From Alphaproteobacteria bacterium (lineage in GTDB: Bacteria; Pseudomonadota; Alphaproteobacteria; SHVP01), in contig JAYONB010000003.1 of the NCBI GenBank assembly GCA_038121105.1, positions 158,594-222,593 of the forward strand: a DNA stretch of 64,000 nucleotides. The letters are read 5' to 3'. Shown in pieces: positions 1-9,887 of this stretch (within the stretch, counting starts at the first letter, position 1; every line of letters begins with the position of its first letter). The position numbers were made by a program, and so were the translations under genes. The notes under the pieces are model-generated. The model worked only from the letters and a program-made list of their open reading frames with translations, searched no databases and was not told the origin of the DNA.

Positions 1-1
1 A

Positions 2-976
2 AACGATACGTTTCCCACCGCCATGCACATTGCGGCGGCGCGCGCGATAACCGAACGATTGATTCCCGCGCTGGCCGGTCTGGAAAAAGCACTGTCGGAA
101 AAAGCGGCGGCGTGGGATGCGGTACTGAAACTGGGGCGGACCCACCTGCAGGACGCAACACCGATGACGTTGGGCCAGGAGTTTTCCGGCTATGCCGGGC
201 AAGTCGCGGCTGTCCTGGACAACGTCAAACAAACGCTCCCGGCAATATTTTTGCTGGCCCAAGGAGGCACCGCCGTCGGGACGGGCCTCAACGCCCGGCC
301 CGGATTCCACGCGGCGGTCGCACGAGAAATCGCCGAGCGGACGGAAATGCCCTTCGCCAGCGCCCCCAACAAGTTCGCCGCAATCGCCGCGCACGATGCC
401 CTGACTGCGGCAAGTGGCGCCATGAACGTCACCGCAACGGTCTTGATGAAGATCGCCAACGACCTTCGGCTGTTGGCATCGGGCCCGCGTTCGGGCCTCG
501 GAGAAATCACCTTGCCCGCGAACGAACCGGGCTCGTCGATCATGCCGGGCAAGGTAAACCCGACGCAGGCCGAGGCGCTAACGCAGGTTTGCGCCCAGGT
601 GATGGGCAACAATGTCGCGGTTACGATCGCCAATGCCGGGGGGCATTTGGAGCTCAACACCTACAAACCTGTGATCATCTACAACGTGCTGCAATCGATC
701 ACGCTGCTGGCCGACGCCGCCACGAGCTTCCGCGAACGTTGCGTGCAGGGTATCGAACCGAATGCGGCACGGCTTGATGCATTGATGCGCGGCTCGCTGA
801 TGTTGGTCACGGCGCTGGTTCCCCACATCGGATATGACGCCGCGGCGAAAATCGCAAAGCGTGCGCACGAAGAGGGCGAATCGCTACGCGAAGCCGCCTT
901 GGGTTCGGGTGCGGTGACCGCCGAAGAGTACGATGCCTGGGTCGACCCTGCCGCCATGACGCGCCCACGGGGCTAG
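2..976 (+). CDS. fumC: Fumarate hydratase class II, 5' end lies outside the window
   Basis: Frame is open from base 2 (NDTFPTAMH). Contains [10 protein letters not shown], the signature [13 protein letters not shown] and the C-terminal IGYDxAAKIAK. Confidence 0.96.
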   Translation, partial: NDTFPTAMHIAAARAITERLIPALAGLEKALSEKAAAWDAVLKLGRTHLQDATPMTLGQEFSGYAGQVAAVLDNVKQTLPAIFLLAQGGTAVGTGLNARPGFHAAVAREIAERTEMPFASAPNKFAAIAAHDALTAASGAMNVTATVLMKIANDLRLLASGPRSGLGEITLPANEPGSSIMPGKVNPTQAEALTQVCAQVMGNNVAVTIANAGGHLELNTYKPVIIYNVLQSITLLADAATSFRERCVQGIEPNAARLDALMRGSLMLVTALVPHIGYDAAAKIAKRAHEEGESLREAALGSGAVTAEEYDAWVDPAAMTRPRG

Positions 977-981
977 GCGCG

Positions 982-1221
982 ATGATCGCCAAACGATCGG
1001 TCGTCGTTTCCGGCCATCGCACCAGCGTGTCGCTGGAACCGGCCTTTTGGGACGAGTTGGTGCGCCTCGCCAAGCGGCGCGGCATCTCGCTCAATACCTT
1101 GGTGGCCGAAATCGATGCGGTGCGGAACGGCAATCTATCGAGTGCGCTGCGCCTTTATATCTTGCAGGCGGTAAAGGCGGAACCGGCTAGCGATCCTGCA
1201 GCCGACGAAGAATACCCTTAA
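982..1221 (+). CDS. Ribbon-helix-helix (RHH_4-type) small DNA-binding protein
   Basis: KRSVVVSGHRTSVSLEPAFW...NLSSALRLYIL is typical of the alphaproteobacterial RHH_4 family found after fumC. Confidence 0.88.
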   Translation: MIAKRSVVVSGHRTSVSLEPAFWDELVRLAKRRGISLNTLVAEIDAVRNGNLSSALRLYILQAVKAEPASDPAADEEYP

Positions 1222-4200
1222 CCAGATCCTCGCCGGTGGCGGGCTTGGACTCTTGGGTTGGGGTCCCCTGTCCCGGGAGAGCCGGGATTCGGCTGTCCTG
1301 CGACGGGGCGGCCGCCGGGGCCGGCTGGGTGGTGGTAGGCCGGTCGTCGTCCTTGAGCAATTTGCGGATCAACGTCGTGCCAACACGTTGGGTGAGATAT
1401 TGCTCGAGCGCTTGGGTACGGATGTTGCGCTGCGGGTTGTCGAGCGGGCCGGTGAGGTCAAGCCCGACATCGGGCGATTCGGGATGGTCGGTAAGGCGCG
1501 CGCTGGTGCGCATGTCGAGCCGCCAGCGAGGAAGGTCGACGACGGCGGTGCCGGTGCCGGCCGCGGCGTCGAGGGTTGCCGTGAGATCGGTGCTGCGGGC
1601 CACCCCGTCCTCGACCCGAAACGTGCCCTGGAAGGCGGTATAGCGGGTCTCGCCCCCTTCGAACGTGCGCACCAACAAATCGGCAAAATCGAGCGCCTCG
1701 TTCAGGTTGCCCAAGCGTTGGCTGAGCGACCGCAGGTCGATGCCGCGCACCACCCCGTCCTGCGCGGCGAACGACAGGTTGCCGTCGAGATTGTTGACGA
1801 GATCGAATTGGCTTTGGCCGGTGGTCGTGAAGTCGCCGCGCATGTCGAACCGACCGGTGACGCGGTCGAGACCCGCGCTGGTTCGGAGCGCCTGTTCGAT
1901 ATTGGCGCCGTCGAGCGAGAGCGAGACGCCGACCCGCGCGACGCGATCGGCAACCGCCGTCACGCGGATTGCGGATCGACCTTCGAACAGGTTGGCGCTG
2001 AGCGGATCGACCGTCAGCGTACCGTCTTCGAGCGCGGCGACGAGGGTCGGCTCTTGAAGAACGTAGTCGCCGTAGATCAGTCCGCGGGCATTAAGTTCGA
2101 GGCGCCCGTCGAAGCTTTGCAACGCGGTGAGGTCGATCGGGTCTTGCGACCAGCGATCGCCGCCTTGCGCCGAAGATCGTCCGGTGCCGGTGGACGCGGC
2201 ACCGCCGCCGGCGCTGTTCGAAACGGGGAGAAACAGGTCGGCGAGAATTTCTCCGGTGTTGAGCCGGGCCTCGATGCGTGGGCGCGGCCCCGTGAAGTCG
2301 GCCGCCGCGTCGCCAACGTAATTGACCGGGCCGAGCGCACCTTCGATGCGGGAGATCGTGATCCGACCGGGTTGGCCGGCGATATCGGCCAACGTACGCA
2401 CAGCGCCGAGATTGACCGCGGCAGGGCGATAGTCGACACCGACGGTGCGCAATAGTTGCGTCATGTCGGGGTGGTTGACTTGCAAGCTGAGATTGTAGGC
2501 CGGTGCGGACAACGGATCATCGAGGGCGCCGGAGATCGCCAGGGCAAGTGCAGCCGCGTTGATATCGGCCTCGAGGTTGACGGTGTCTTGGTTGCCGCGA
2601 AGCGCCGCCGTCACCGTCAGAGCGCCGTCCAGCGCGCGCTCGGTCGGCGCGAGCGTCAAGCCGGCAAGCTGCGCCGCGCGCACGAAGCTGGGGCTGTTGA
2701 GGGTGACCCGCATATCGACCCGTGGTGCGGCCGCCAGCAGTTCGAGCCGACCATCCGCCGCGATGGTCATGTCGCCGATCTTGCTGGTGAGGTCGACCGC
2801 GAGATCCTCGACCGTGCCGATGACGCTGCCGCCGAGATCGATCGCTCCCAAGGCGCGCGCATCGACCGGCAGGTCGACCCCAAAGAAGCGCGCCGGCGCG
2901 GCGACATCGCGGGACTTGACCGCCACGCGCGTATCAAAGGCCGGGACGGCCGCGAAATTGCCGGCCGAACCCGACACCGCGACCCCTGCTCCACCGGCGT
3001 CGGCGATCGCGGCCTCGCGCAGCGTCAACGCGCCGCCCAGCAGTGACGCGTCCAGCGCAACGCCGCCGAACCGGCGACCGCCGAAGGTGAGCGAGTCGAT
3101 CTTGATCTTGGTGTTGGTGTCGAAGGTATCGAGAACGGCAAACGCGCCGGTTCCGGTAGGGGCATTGGGCGCGCGATCGCCGGTCGCGGACGGCGACGGA
3201 TCGTCCGCGAGATAGGCGTCGAGGTTGAGACGATCGATTTCAAGATCGACACTGAAGGAGGGCCGGGCGCGAAAGGCATAAGCCAACCCGCCGGTGATCC
3301 GCGAGGAGTCCAAGCGCAGGTCGATGCCGAATGCCTGGCCGAGGTCCGGCGTCGCCCGCACCTGACTCTGCAAACTGAACTGACGGAGCCGACCCGGCGC
3401 GACCCCGTCGAGCGACACCCCGAGCCATTCGGCGGCCGCACGGAAGTCCGCCGCCGCCAACTCAAGTCGGCCATCGAAACGCGGCTGTCCGTCAACCGTG
3501 GCGGCACGGCCGGTTAGGCTGACGTCCGCCCCGCCCGGCAGCATCGCGCTGAGCGCGGCGAGGTCGACCGATTCATCGGCGACGCTGGCGGCGAGGCGAA
3601 ACTGACGCACCAACCCGCCGCGAAAGGTCAACGCCTCGCCCGTTACGTTCACGCTCGCGGTGAGGCCGCCGAGCGCGGTGAGCGGATTTGTCGGCGGCGA
3701 CGGCGCGATGCCCGATCGCGACGGCGCGGTTTCGGCCGTTTGCGTGGACACCGCGTTGACCCAGGCGTCGAGATCGATCCGACCCACCGCCAAGGTCACG
3801 TCGAGGCCCGGCGCCGCGCCGAGCGATGCCGCAACCGCGCCGGTCGCACGGGTTTCCCCGACAGCCAGAACAAGGTCGTTGACCGCCAGAGTCTCGGCAG
3901 TGCCGGTCAGTTGAGCGGTGATCGAAAAGGTCTGCGCGCCGGGGATCACCAAGGGGGCATCGCTGTCGACCATCTTGGTGACGATGCTGAGGGCTTCGCG
4001 AAGGTCGCCACCGTCGAACGTGAATTTGGCATCGATCGAGGGGTCGGCCGCGAAAGGCGAGACGCTCCCTTGAACCGCGACGACCGCCCCACCCCGTTCG
4101 AGTTCGAGTTTGGCGCGCAGCGGCATGGCGGCGTCCTGCCGCGCCGCGCCGAGAGAAATATCGAACCCGACGGCTTGGTCGCGGACCGAGAACCGCCCCT

Positions 4201-4759
4201 CCGCGGCATAGGGTCCTTGCACCAAATCATCCGCCGTGAAGGTTGCGGTGACGGCTTCGATTCGTTCGACACGGCCGGTTGTCGCGTCGGTGTAGTTGAG
4301 GGCGCCGTTGGCGATGACGACCCGTTCGACGCTGATCGGGGCCGCGGCGCTCGATTCGTCGGCAGGTGCCGACGCGCCGGTATCGAACTGCCAGTTGGCG
4401 GTGCCGTCGGCGGCAACTTCGAGGAAAAATTCGGGCTCGACCAAACGCACGCTAATCACCTGAATTTCGCCGCGCAGCAGAGGCCACAGGGCGACCTGCA
4501 CGTCGAGGGCGCGCAGGGTCAGGAAATCGGCATCGCCGCCCGCGGTGGAGAGCCGTACGTCGGCTGCCGAGACGCGCGGCGTCGGCAGGACCGAGAGCGA
4601 CAGATCGCCGTTCATCGCCAACGTACGCCCGGTGGCCCGTTCGATCGGTTCGGCGATCTCTTTTTTGTATTTGTTCCAGTCGATGAAACTGGGCGCGATC
4701 AGCGCCACCGCGACGAGGAGGACGATCAAACCCGCAAGGATCAAGAGAACGCGCTTCAC
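1187..4759 (-). CDS. AsmA-family protein (inner-membrane anchored, 1190 aa)
   Basis: N-terminal TM helix followed by PSFIDWNKYK..IERATGR, beta-rich body, C-terminal GVVRGIDL and LTGPLDNP motifs. GTG start with GGAG SD. Confidence 0.9.
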   Translation of the reverse strand: MKRVLLILAGLIVLLVAVALIAPSFIDWNKYKKEIAEPIERATGRTLAMNGDLSLSVLPTPRVSAADVRLSTAGGDADFLTLRALDVQVALWPLLRGEIQVISVRLVEPEFFLEVAADGTANWQFDTGASAPADESSAAAPISVERVVIANGALNYTDATTGRVERIEAVTATFTADDLVQGPYAAEGRFSVRDQAVGFDISLGAARQDAAMPLRAKLELERGGAVVAVQGSVSPFAADPSIDAKFTFDGGDLREALSIVTKMVDSDAPLVIPGAQTFSITAQLTGTAETLAVNDLVLAVGETRATGAVAASLGAAPGLDVTLAVGRIDLDAWVNAVSTQTAETAPSRSGIAPSPPTNPLTALGGLTASVNVTGEALTFRGGLVRQFRLAASVADESVDLAALSAMLPGGADVSLTGRAATVDGQPRFDGRLELAAADFRAAAEWLGVSLDGVAPGRLRQFSLQSQVRATPDLGQAFGIDLRLDSSRITGGLAYAFRARPSFSVDLEIDRLNLDAYLADDPSPSATGDRAPNAPTGTGAFAVLDTFDTNTKIKIDSLTFGGRRFGGVALDASLLGGALTLREAAIADAGGAGVAVSGSAGNFAAVPAFDTRVAVKSRDVAAPARFFGVDLPVDARALGAIDLGGSVIGTVEDLAVDLTSKIGDMTIAADGRLELLAAAPRVDMRVTLNSPSFVRAAQLAGLTLAPTERALDGALTVTAALRGNQDTVNLEADINAAALALAISGALDDPLSAPAYNLSLQVNHPDMTQLLRTVGVDYRPAAVNLGAVRTLADIAGQPGRITISRIEGALGPVNYVGDAAADFTGPRPRIEARLNTGEILADLFLPVSNSAGGGAASTGTGRSSAQGGDRWSQDPIDLTALQSFDGRLELNARGLIYGDYVLQEPTLVAALEDGTLTVDPLSANLFEGRSAIRVTAVADRVARVGVSLSLDGANIEQALRTSAGLDRVTGRFDMRGDFTTTGQSQFDLVNNLDGNLSFAAQDGVVRGIDLRSLSQRLGNLNEALDFADLLVRTFEGGETRYTAFQGTFRVEDGVARSTDLTATLDAAAGTGTAVVDLPRWRLDMRTSARLTDHPESPDVGLDLTGPLDNPQRNIRTQALEQYLTQRVGTTLIRKLLKDDDRPTTTQPAPAAAPSQDSRIPALPGQGTPTQESKPATGEDLVKGILRRLQDR

Positions 4760-4950
4760 TAATCGAACTCCAAAAAAAAGACCGAGGGGCGGCCCCCCGC
4801 TGTCGGTAGGACGTCATCGCGGGAAGCGTATAGTGCCCGATCCCGCATGTAATTCCGACCCAATCGCCGTGCGACCGGGACACGGCGAGATGTGGTGGCT
4901 AGAATGCCCGGCGTCTAGGCTGCTTTATTTTTTGATAGCGGGGATTCTTG

Positions 4951-6609
4951 ATGAAAGCCTCTGATTTATTCGTTCAATGCCTCGAAAACGAGGGCGTGAC
5001 CCACATTTTTGGGGTGCCCGGCGAGGAAAACGCCGACGTCATGATCTCGCTGTTGGATAGCAAGATCGAGTTCGTTCTTTGCCGCCACGAACAGGCCGCC
5101 GCGTTTATGGCCGACACCTACGGCCGGCTGACCGGCAAAGCCGGGGTATGCCTCGGCACGCTCGGGCCCGGCGCGACCAACCTGGTGACCGGCGTGGCCG
5201 ACGCCAATATGGATCGCGCGCCGCTCATCGCCATCATCGGGCAGGCATCGACCCGGCGGCTGCATAAAGAGAGCCACCAGAACATGGATTCGATCGCCAT
5301 GTTCGCGCCAATTACCAAATGGGCGCAGTCGATCACCAGCCCGCACAATATTCCGGAAGTGGTGCGCAAGGCCTTCAAGATTGCCGAGTCGGAAAAACCC
5401 GGCGCGTGCGTCATCGAGCTGCCCGAGAACCTGGCCGAGGAAGATACCAACCAGATGCCGATGGATCGGCACAAGACCCGCCGGGCCGCCGCCGATCACA
5501 AAGCGATCAAACAAGCCATCGATTTGATCGTCGACGCCAAGAACCCGCTGATCCTGGCGGGCAACGGCGCGGTGCGGAAGCGCGCGTCCAAACAACTCCA
5601 GCGTCTGGCCCACAAGACCGGCATCGGGGTGGTCAACACCTTCATGGGCAAAGGCGCGGTGCCGCGCACCGACCCGCATTGCTTGTTCACACTAGGTCTC
5701 CAGGGCCGCGATCACATTAACGCGGCCCTCGACGAAGCCGACGTGATCATCGCCGTGGGCTACGACCTCGTGGAGTACTCGCCGGAACATTGGAACAAGA
5801 CCGGCGGCAAGACGATCATCCATGTCGACTTTTTCCCGGCGGAGGTGGATCAATCTTATCCGGTGACGGTCGACATCGTCTCCGACGTGGCCGACGCGCT
5901 GTGGCAAATGAACGAGATGATCAACCAGCGCTTCGAGAGCAAGTTGCCGCTGTTCGACATCAACGCACGCGGCCCGCTGCGGCAAACGATCCTGGACGAC
6001 TTCGCGATGGAGAAGGACGACACCTCCTTCCCGATGAAGCCGCAAAAGATATTGTGGGACGTGCGCGAGTTTCTCGGACCGGACGACATTCTGCTGTCGG
6101 ATGTCGGCGCCCATAAGATGTGGATCTCGCGCTATTACCAGTGCGACGAAGCCAACACCTGTTTGATCTCGAACGGGTTTTGCACGATGGGCTTCGCCTT
6201 CCCCGGTTCGATCGGCGCCAAGATGGCCTTTCCCGATCGCAAGGTGCTGTCGATCAACGGCGATGCCGGGTTCATGATGAACGCGCAGGACATCGAAACG
6301 GCGGCCCGGATGAAGGCCAACATCGTGGCCATGATATGGCTGGATGGCGAGTACGGGCTGATCAAGTGGAAGCAGCAGAACTCGTTCGACGGCAAGCACT
6401 CGGATCTGGCGTTCAACAATCCGGACTTCGAGCTGTTCGCCAAGTCGTTCGGGGTGTGGGGCAAGACGTTGACCGCGGCGGATCAGTTGAAACCGGCGTT
6501 GGAAGAGGCCTTTGCGCAGCCGGGGCCCGCATTGATCGCGGTGCCGGTCGACTATGCGGAGAACCGCAAGATGACCAAACGTCTGGGCGAACTCGCCTTT
6601 ACGATCTAG
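4951..6609 (+). CDS. Acetolactate synthase large subunit-like ThDP enzyme
   Basis: IFGVPGEEN, RHEQAAAFMA, GPGATN, ThDP motif GDAGFMMN..., SNGFCTMG. No regulatory small subunit adjacent. Confidence 0.9.
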   Translation: MKASDLFVQCLENEGVTHIFGVPGEENADVMISLLDSKIEFVLCRHEQAAAFMADTYGRLTGKAGVCLGTLGPGATNLVTGVADANMDRAPLIAIIGQASTRRLHKESHQNMDSIAMFAPITKWAQSITSPHNIPEVVRKAFKIAESEKPGACVIELPENLAEEDTNQMPMDRHKTRRAAADHKAIKQAIDLIVDAKNPLILAGNGAVRKRASKQLQRLAHKTGIGVVNTFMGKGAVPRTDPHCLFTLGLQGRDHINAALDEADVIIAVGYDLVEYSPEHWNKTGGKTIIHVDFFPAEVDQSYPVTVDIVSDVADALWQMNEMINQRFESKLPLFDINARGPLRQTILDDFAMEKDDTSFPMKPQKILWDVREFLGPDDILLSDVGAHKMWISRYYQCDEANTCLISNGFCTMGFAFPGSIGAKMAFPDRKVLSINGDAGFMMNAQDIETAARMKANIVAMIWLDGEYGLIKWKQQNSFDGKHSDLAFNNPDFELFAKSFGVWGKTLTAADQLKPALEEAFAQPGPALIAVPVDYAENRKMTKRLGELAFTI

Positions 6610-6642
6610 CGATCTGGGGCCCGGGCGGACCGGGAGCGCGCC

Positions 6643-7902
6643 ATGAAGATTGTGGTGATCAGCGCCGGCGTGGTCGGCGTCGCCACGGCCTACTACCTTG
6701 CGCAAGACGGCCATACCGTGACGGTGGTGGACCGCGCGGCGGCGCCGGCATTGGGCTGCTCCTACGCCAATGCAGGCTTGGTGAACGGGTTGACGGCGTC
6801 GCAATGGTCGGCGCCAGGCATCCCCGCGACGGTGTTGCGCGACTTTTGGCGCCACGACGCGGCCTACCGCGTGCGCTTGCGCCCCGATGCGGCGGTGGCG
6901 GCGTGGCTCGTGCGCTTTTTCGGCAATTGCACCGCGACACGCACCGCCGAGATCAAGACCCACCTGCGCCGCTTGTCGGGCTATAGCCTGGCGCTGTTGC
7001 AAGAGATGCGCGCAGCGCACGACCTTCGTTACGACGCGCGCACCGACGGGTTCATCTATCTCTATCCGACCGTCAAGAGTTTCGAGATCGCCAAGACGGC
7101 GGCGATGGGCGTGGACGACCCCGCGGTGCGGCCCAAACCGCTGGCGGGCGCGGCCCTGATCGAAACCGAACCGGCGCTCGCCGATGCCCGGGTGTCGTTC
7201 GCCGGCGGCTTGCACTACGACCGCGACGAAACCGGCGATGCCCGACTGTTTACGCAAAGGGTCGCGCGCGCCGCCACCGCGGCCGGGGTCGAGTTTCAGT
7301 TCGGGACGACGGTGACGGGGATACGGGTTTCAGGGAACCGTGTGCGGGGCGTGGGTCTTGCCGTGGACGGCGCAACCGATGAACGGTCAGCCGATGCGGT
7401 GGTCCTGGCGGCGGGGGTCGAAAGCGTCGATCTCGCGGCGCCGTTTGGGCTGCGCCTACCGATCGTCCCGGTGAAGGGCTATTCCATCACGCTGGAAATG
7501 ACGGACCGGGCCGCCCTTCCCCGCCACGCCGTGCAGGACGCCTTTCGTAAGGTGACGTTGACGCCGCTCGGCGGCCGGCTGCGGATCGCCGGCAAGGCCG
7601 ACCTCGCCGGGCGCGACCGCACGATCGACCGGCGGCGGGCCGATACGGTGTTGGCGGCGCTGCCCGATCTGCTGCCCGGCGCAACGTGGCGCGGCGACCC
7701 CGACTACTGGTCGGGCCTGCGTCCGATGACCGCCGACAGTTTGCCCCTTCTCGGGGCGACACACGTGGACGGGCTGTGGCTCAACACCGGCCACGGCAGT
7801 TTCGTGTTCACGCTGTCGTGCGGTTCGGGGCGCGTGGTGGCGGACCTGATCGGCGGCAAGACCCCAGCGATCGATCTGACGGGGCTGGGTTTGCGGACCT
7901 AG
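6643..7902 (+). CDS. D-amino acid dehydrogenase (DadA)-like FAD oxidoreductase
   Basis: N-terminal Rossmann fold (ISAGVVG), SYANAG, PVKGYSIT, WSGLRPMT, NTGHGS. Confidence 0.82.
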   Translation: MKIVVISAGVVGVATAYYLAQDGHTVTVVDRAAAPALGCSYANAGLVNGLTASQWSAPGIPATVLRDFWRHDAAYRVRLRPDAAVAAWLVRFFGNCTATRTAEIKTHLRRLSGYSLALLQEMRAAHDLRYDARTDGFIYLYPTVKSFEIAKTAAMGVDDPAVRPKPLAGAALIETEPALADARVSFAGGLHYDRDETGDARLFTQRVARAATAAGVEFQFGTTVTGIRVSGNRVRGVGLAVDGATDERSADAVVLAAGVESVDLAAPFGLRLPIVPVKGYSITLEMTDRAALPRHAVQDAFRKVTLTPLGGRLRIAGKADLAGRDRTIDRRRADTVLAALPDLLPGATWRGDPDYWSGLRPMTADSLPLLGATHVDGLWLNTGHGSFVFTLSCGSGRVVADLIGGKTPAIDLTGLGLRT

Positions 7903-9302
7903 AGCCGCAGGATCTTGCCGGGGTTCATGATGCCTTTGGGGTCCAGCGCGTGTTTGAGGGTGCGCATGACCGACAACGCGTCGCCATGTTCGGCGACCAG
8001 GAAGTCGACCTTGCCGTAACCGACGCCGTGTTCGCCGGTGCAGGTGCCCTCCATGGCCAAGGCGCGGGCGACGAGGCTGTCGTTGAGGCGGCTGGCCTCG
8101 GCGACTTCTTTGGGATCGTCGGGCATCAACACGAACGACACATGAAAATTGCCGTCACCGACGTGGCCGACGATCGGGGCCGGGAGGAACGAGGCGTCGA
8201 GCTCGGCCTTGGTCTCGACGATGCATTCGGCCAACCTGGAGATCGGCACGCAGACATCGGTCGCCCAAAACTTACTGCCTGGTCGTAACGCCGCGGCGGC
8301 ATAGGCCGCGTTGTGGCGGGCGTGCCATAACTTGGCGCGGTCTTCTTCGTTGGTGGCCCAGCTGAACCCGCCGCCGCCATTGTCGCTGGCGATTTCTTGG
8401 ACCATCTCGGCTTGTTCTTTGACGCCCGCTTTGGTGCCGTGGAATTCCAGCCAGAGCGTCGGTTTGACGGGATGGTCCATGTCGAAGTGCCGGTTGGTCG
8501 CCTCGATCTGCACTTCGTCGGCGAATTCGATGCGCGCCACCGGAATGCCGAGTTGGATGGTTTGAATGACGGCATCGACCGCACCTTGCACGGTGTCGAA
8601 GTGGCAACTGGCGGCCGAGATCGCCTCGGGGATGCCGTAGAGGCGGACGCTGACCTCGGTGATGACACCGAGCGTACCTTCGGAGCCGACAAAAAGACGG
8701 GTGAGGTCGTACCCGGCGGAAGACTTGCGGGCGCGGCGCGCGGTTTTGACGATGCGGCCGTCGGGCATGACCACGGTAAGGCCGAGGACGTTCTCGCGCA
8801 TCGTGCCGTAGCGCACCGCGTTGGTGCCCGACGCACGCGTCGCGGTCATTCCGCCCAAGGAGGCGTCGGCGCCTGGATCGATGGGGAAGAACAAGCCGGT
8901 GTCGCGCAAATGGGCGTTGAGCTGTTTGCGGGTGACGCCGGCCTGCACCGTGCAATCCAGATCTTCGGCGTTGACCTGCAAGACCTCGTTCATCTGCATC
9001 ATGTCGATCGACACGCCGCCTTGGATGGCGACGACATGGCCTTCGAGCGAGGTGCCGGCGCCGAACGGCACAATTGGCACGTCGTGCGCGGCGCAGATCT
9101 TGACGACCTCGGCGACCTCTTCGGTCGAACGCACGAAGGCGACGCCGTCGGGGTCGCGATTAGGATGGTAGGATTCGTCCTTGCCGTGATGGGCGCGGAC
9201 CGACGCGGAGGTCGAGAAGCGGTCGCCGAGCAGTGCGGTCAGGGCCTCGAAGGCCGGGGCGAAATCTTCCGGCCGGGTGGTCCGATCGGGCGCATCGTGC
9301 AT
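7899..9302 (-). CDS. FAD-linked oxidase, D-lactate dehydrogenase (cytochrome)/GlcD family
   Basis: GAGTSLEG, DPGADASLGGM, GSEGTLG, GHVGDGNFH, TGEHGVG, DPKGIMNPGK. Confidence 0.9.
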   Translation of the reverse strand: MHDAPDRTTRPEDFAPAFEALTALLGDRFSTSASVRAHHGKDESYHPNRDPDGVAFVRSTEEVAEVVKICAAHDVPIVPFGAGTSLEGHVVAIQGGVSIDMMQMNEVLQVNAEDLDCTVQAGVTRKQLNAHLRDTGLFFPIDPGADASLGGMTATRASGTNAVRYGTMRENVLGLTVVMPDGRIVKTARRARKSSAGYDLTRLFVGSEGTLGVITEVSVRLYGIPEAISAASCHFDTVQGAVDAVIQTIQLGIPVARIEFADEVQIEATNRHFDMDHPVKPTLWLEFHGTKAGVKEQAEMVQEIASDNGGGGFSWATNEEDRAKLWHARHNAAYAAAALRPGSKFWATDVCVPISRLAECIVETKAELDASFLPAPIVGHVGDGNFHVSFVLMPDDPKEVAEASRLNDSLVARALAMEGTCTGEHGVGYGKVDFLVAEHGDALSVMRTLKHALDPKGIMNPGKILRL

Positions 9303-9401
9303 GGCGTACCTCTTTTGGAGAGAGGCCGAGTGTAGCGGTGCGGATCGATCTTCCGCAACGGCGGTTCACAGGGTGGGTGGCGGTGACTATGATCGCCGCG
9401 C

Positions 9402-9887
9402 ATGGAGTTCGAAGCCCCCATTCTGGTCGCCGACGGCGGCAGGGTCCGCAAGGAATGGATCGACTACAACGGCCACATGAACGTGGCCTTTTACGTCTTG
9501 GCCTTCGATTTGGCGCTGGACGTGGTCTACGAGCGCATGGGTCTGGGCGAGCCCTACCGCGAACGCACCAACCACACGACGTTTTCGCTCGAGGGCCACA
9601 CCCATTGGCTGCGCGAGATGCGCTTGGACGAGCCGATGCGCTTCACGACCCGGTTATTGGACTGGGACGCCAAACGGCTGCACTTCTATATGGAGATGTA
9701 TCGCGGTCAGGAAGACTATCTGGCTTCGACCTATGAGATGGTCACCATGCACATCAATTTGGCCGAGCGCCGCTCCGCCCCCTTTCCGCAAGACCTGCAA
9801 GACGTTTTCGCCGCGGTGCACGCGTCGCAGAAAGACTTGCCGCCACCGCAATACGCCGGGACGACCATCGGGATCCGCCGCAAATGA
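9402..9887 (+). CDS. Hotdog-fold thioesterase family protein
   Basis: EWIDYNGHMNVAFY motif of 4HBT-like thioesterases. Confidence 0.85.
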   Translation: MEFEAPILVADGGRVRKEWIDYNGHMNVAFYVLAFDLALDVVYERMGLGEPYRERTNHTTFSLEGHTHWLREMRLDEPMRFTTRLLDWDAKRLHFYMEMYRGQEDYLASTYEMVTMHINLAERRSAPFPQDLQDVFAAVHASQKDLPPPQYAGTTIGIRRK

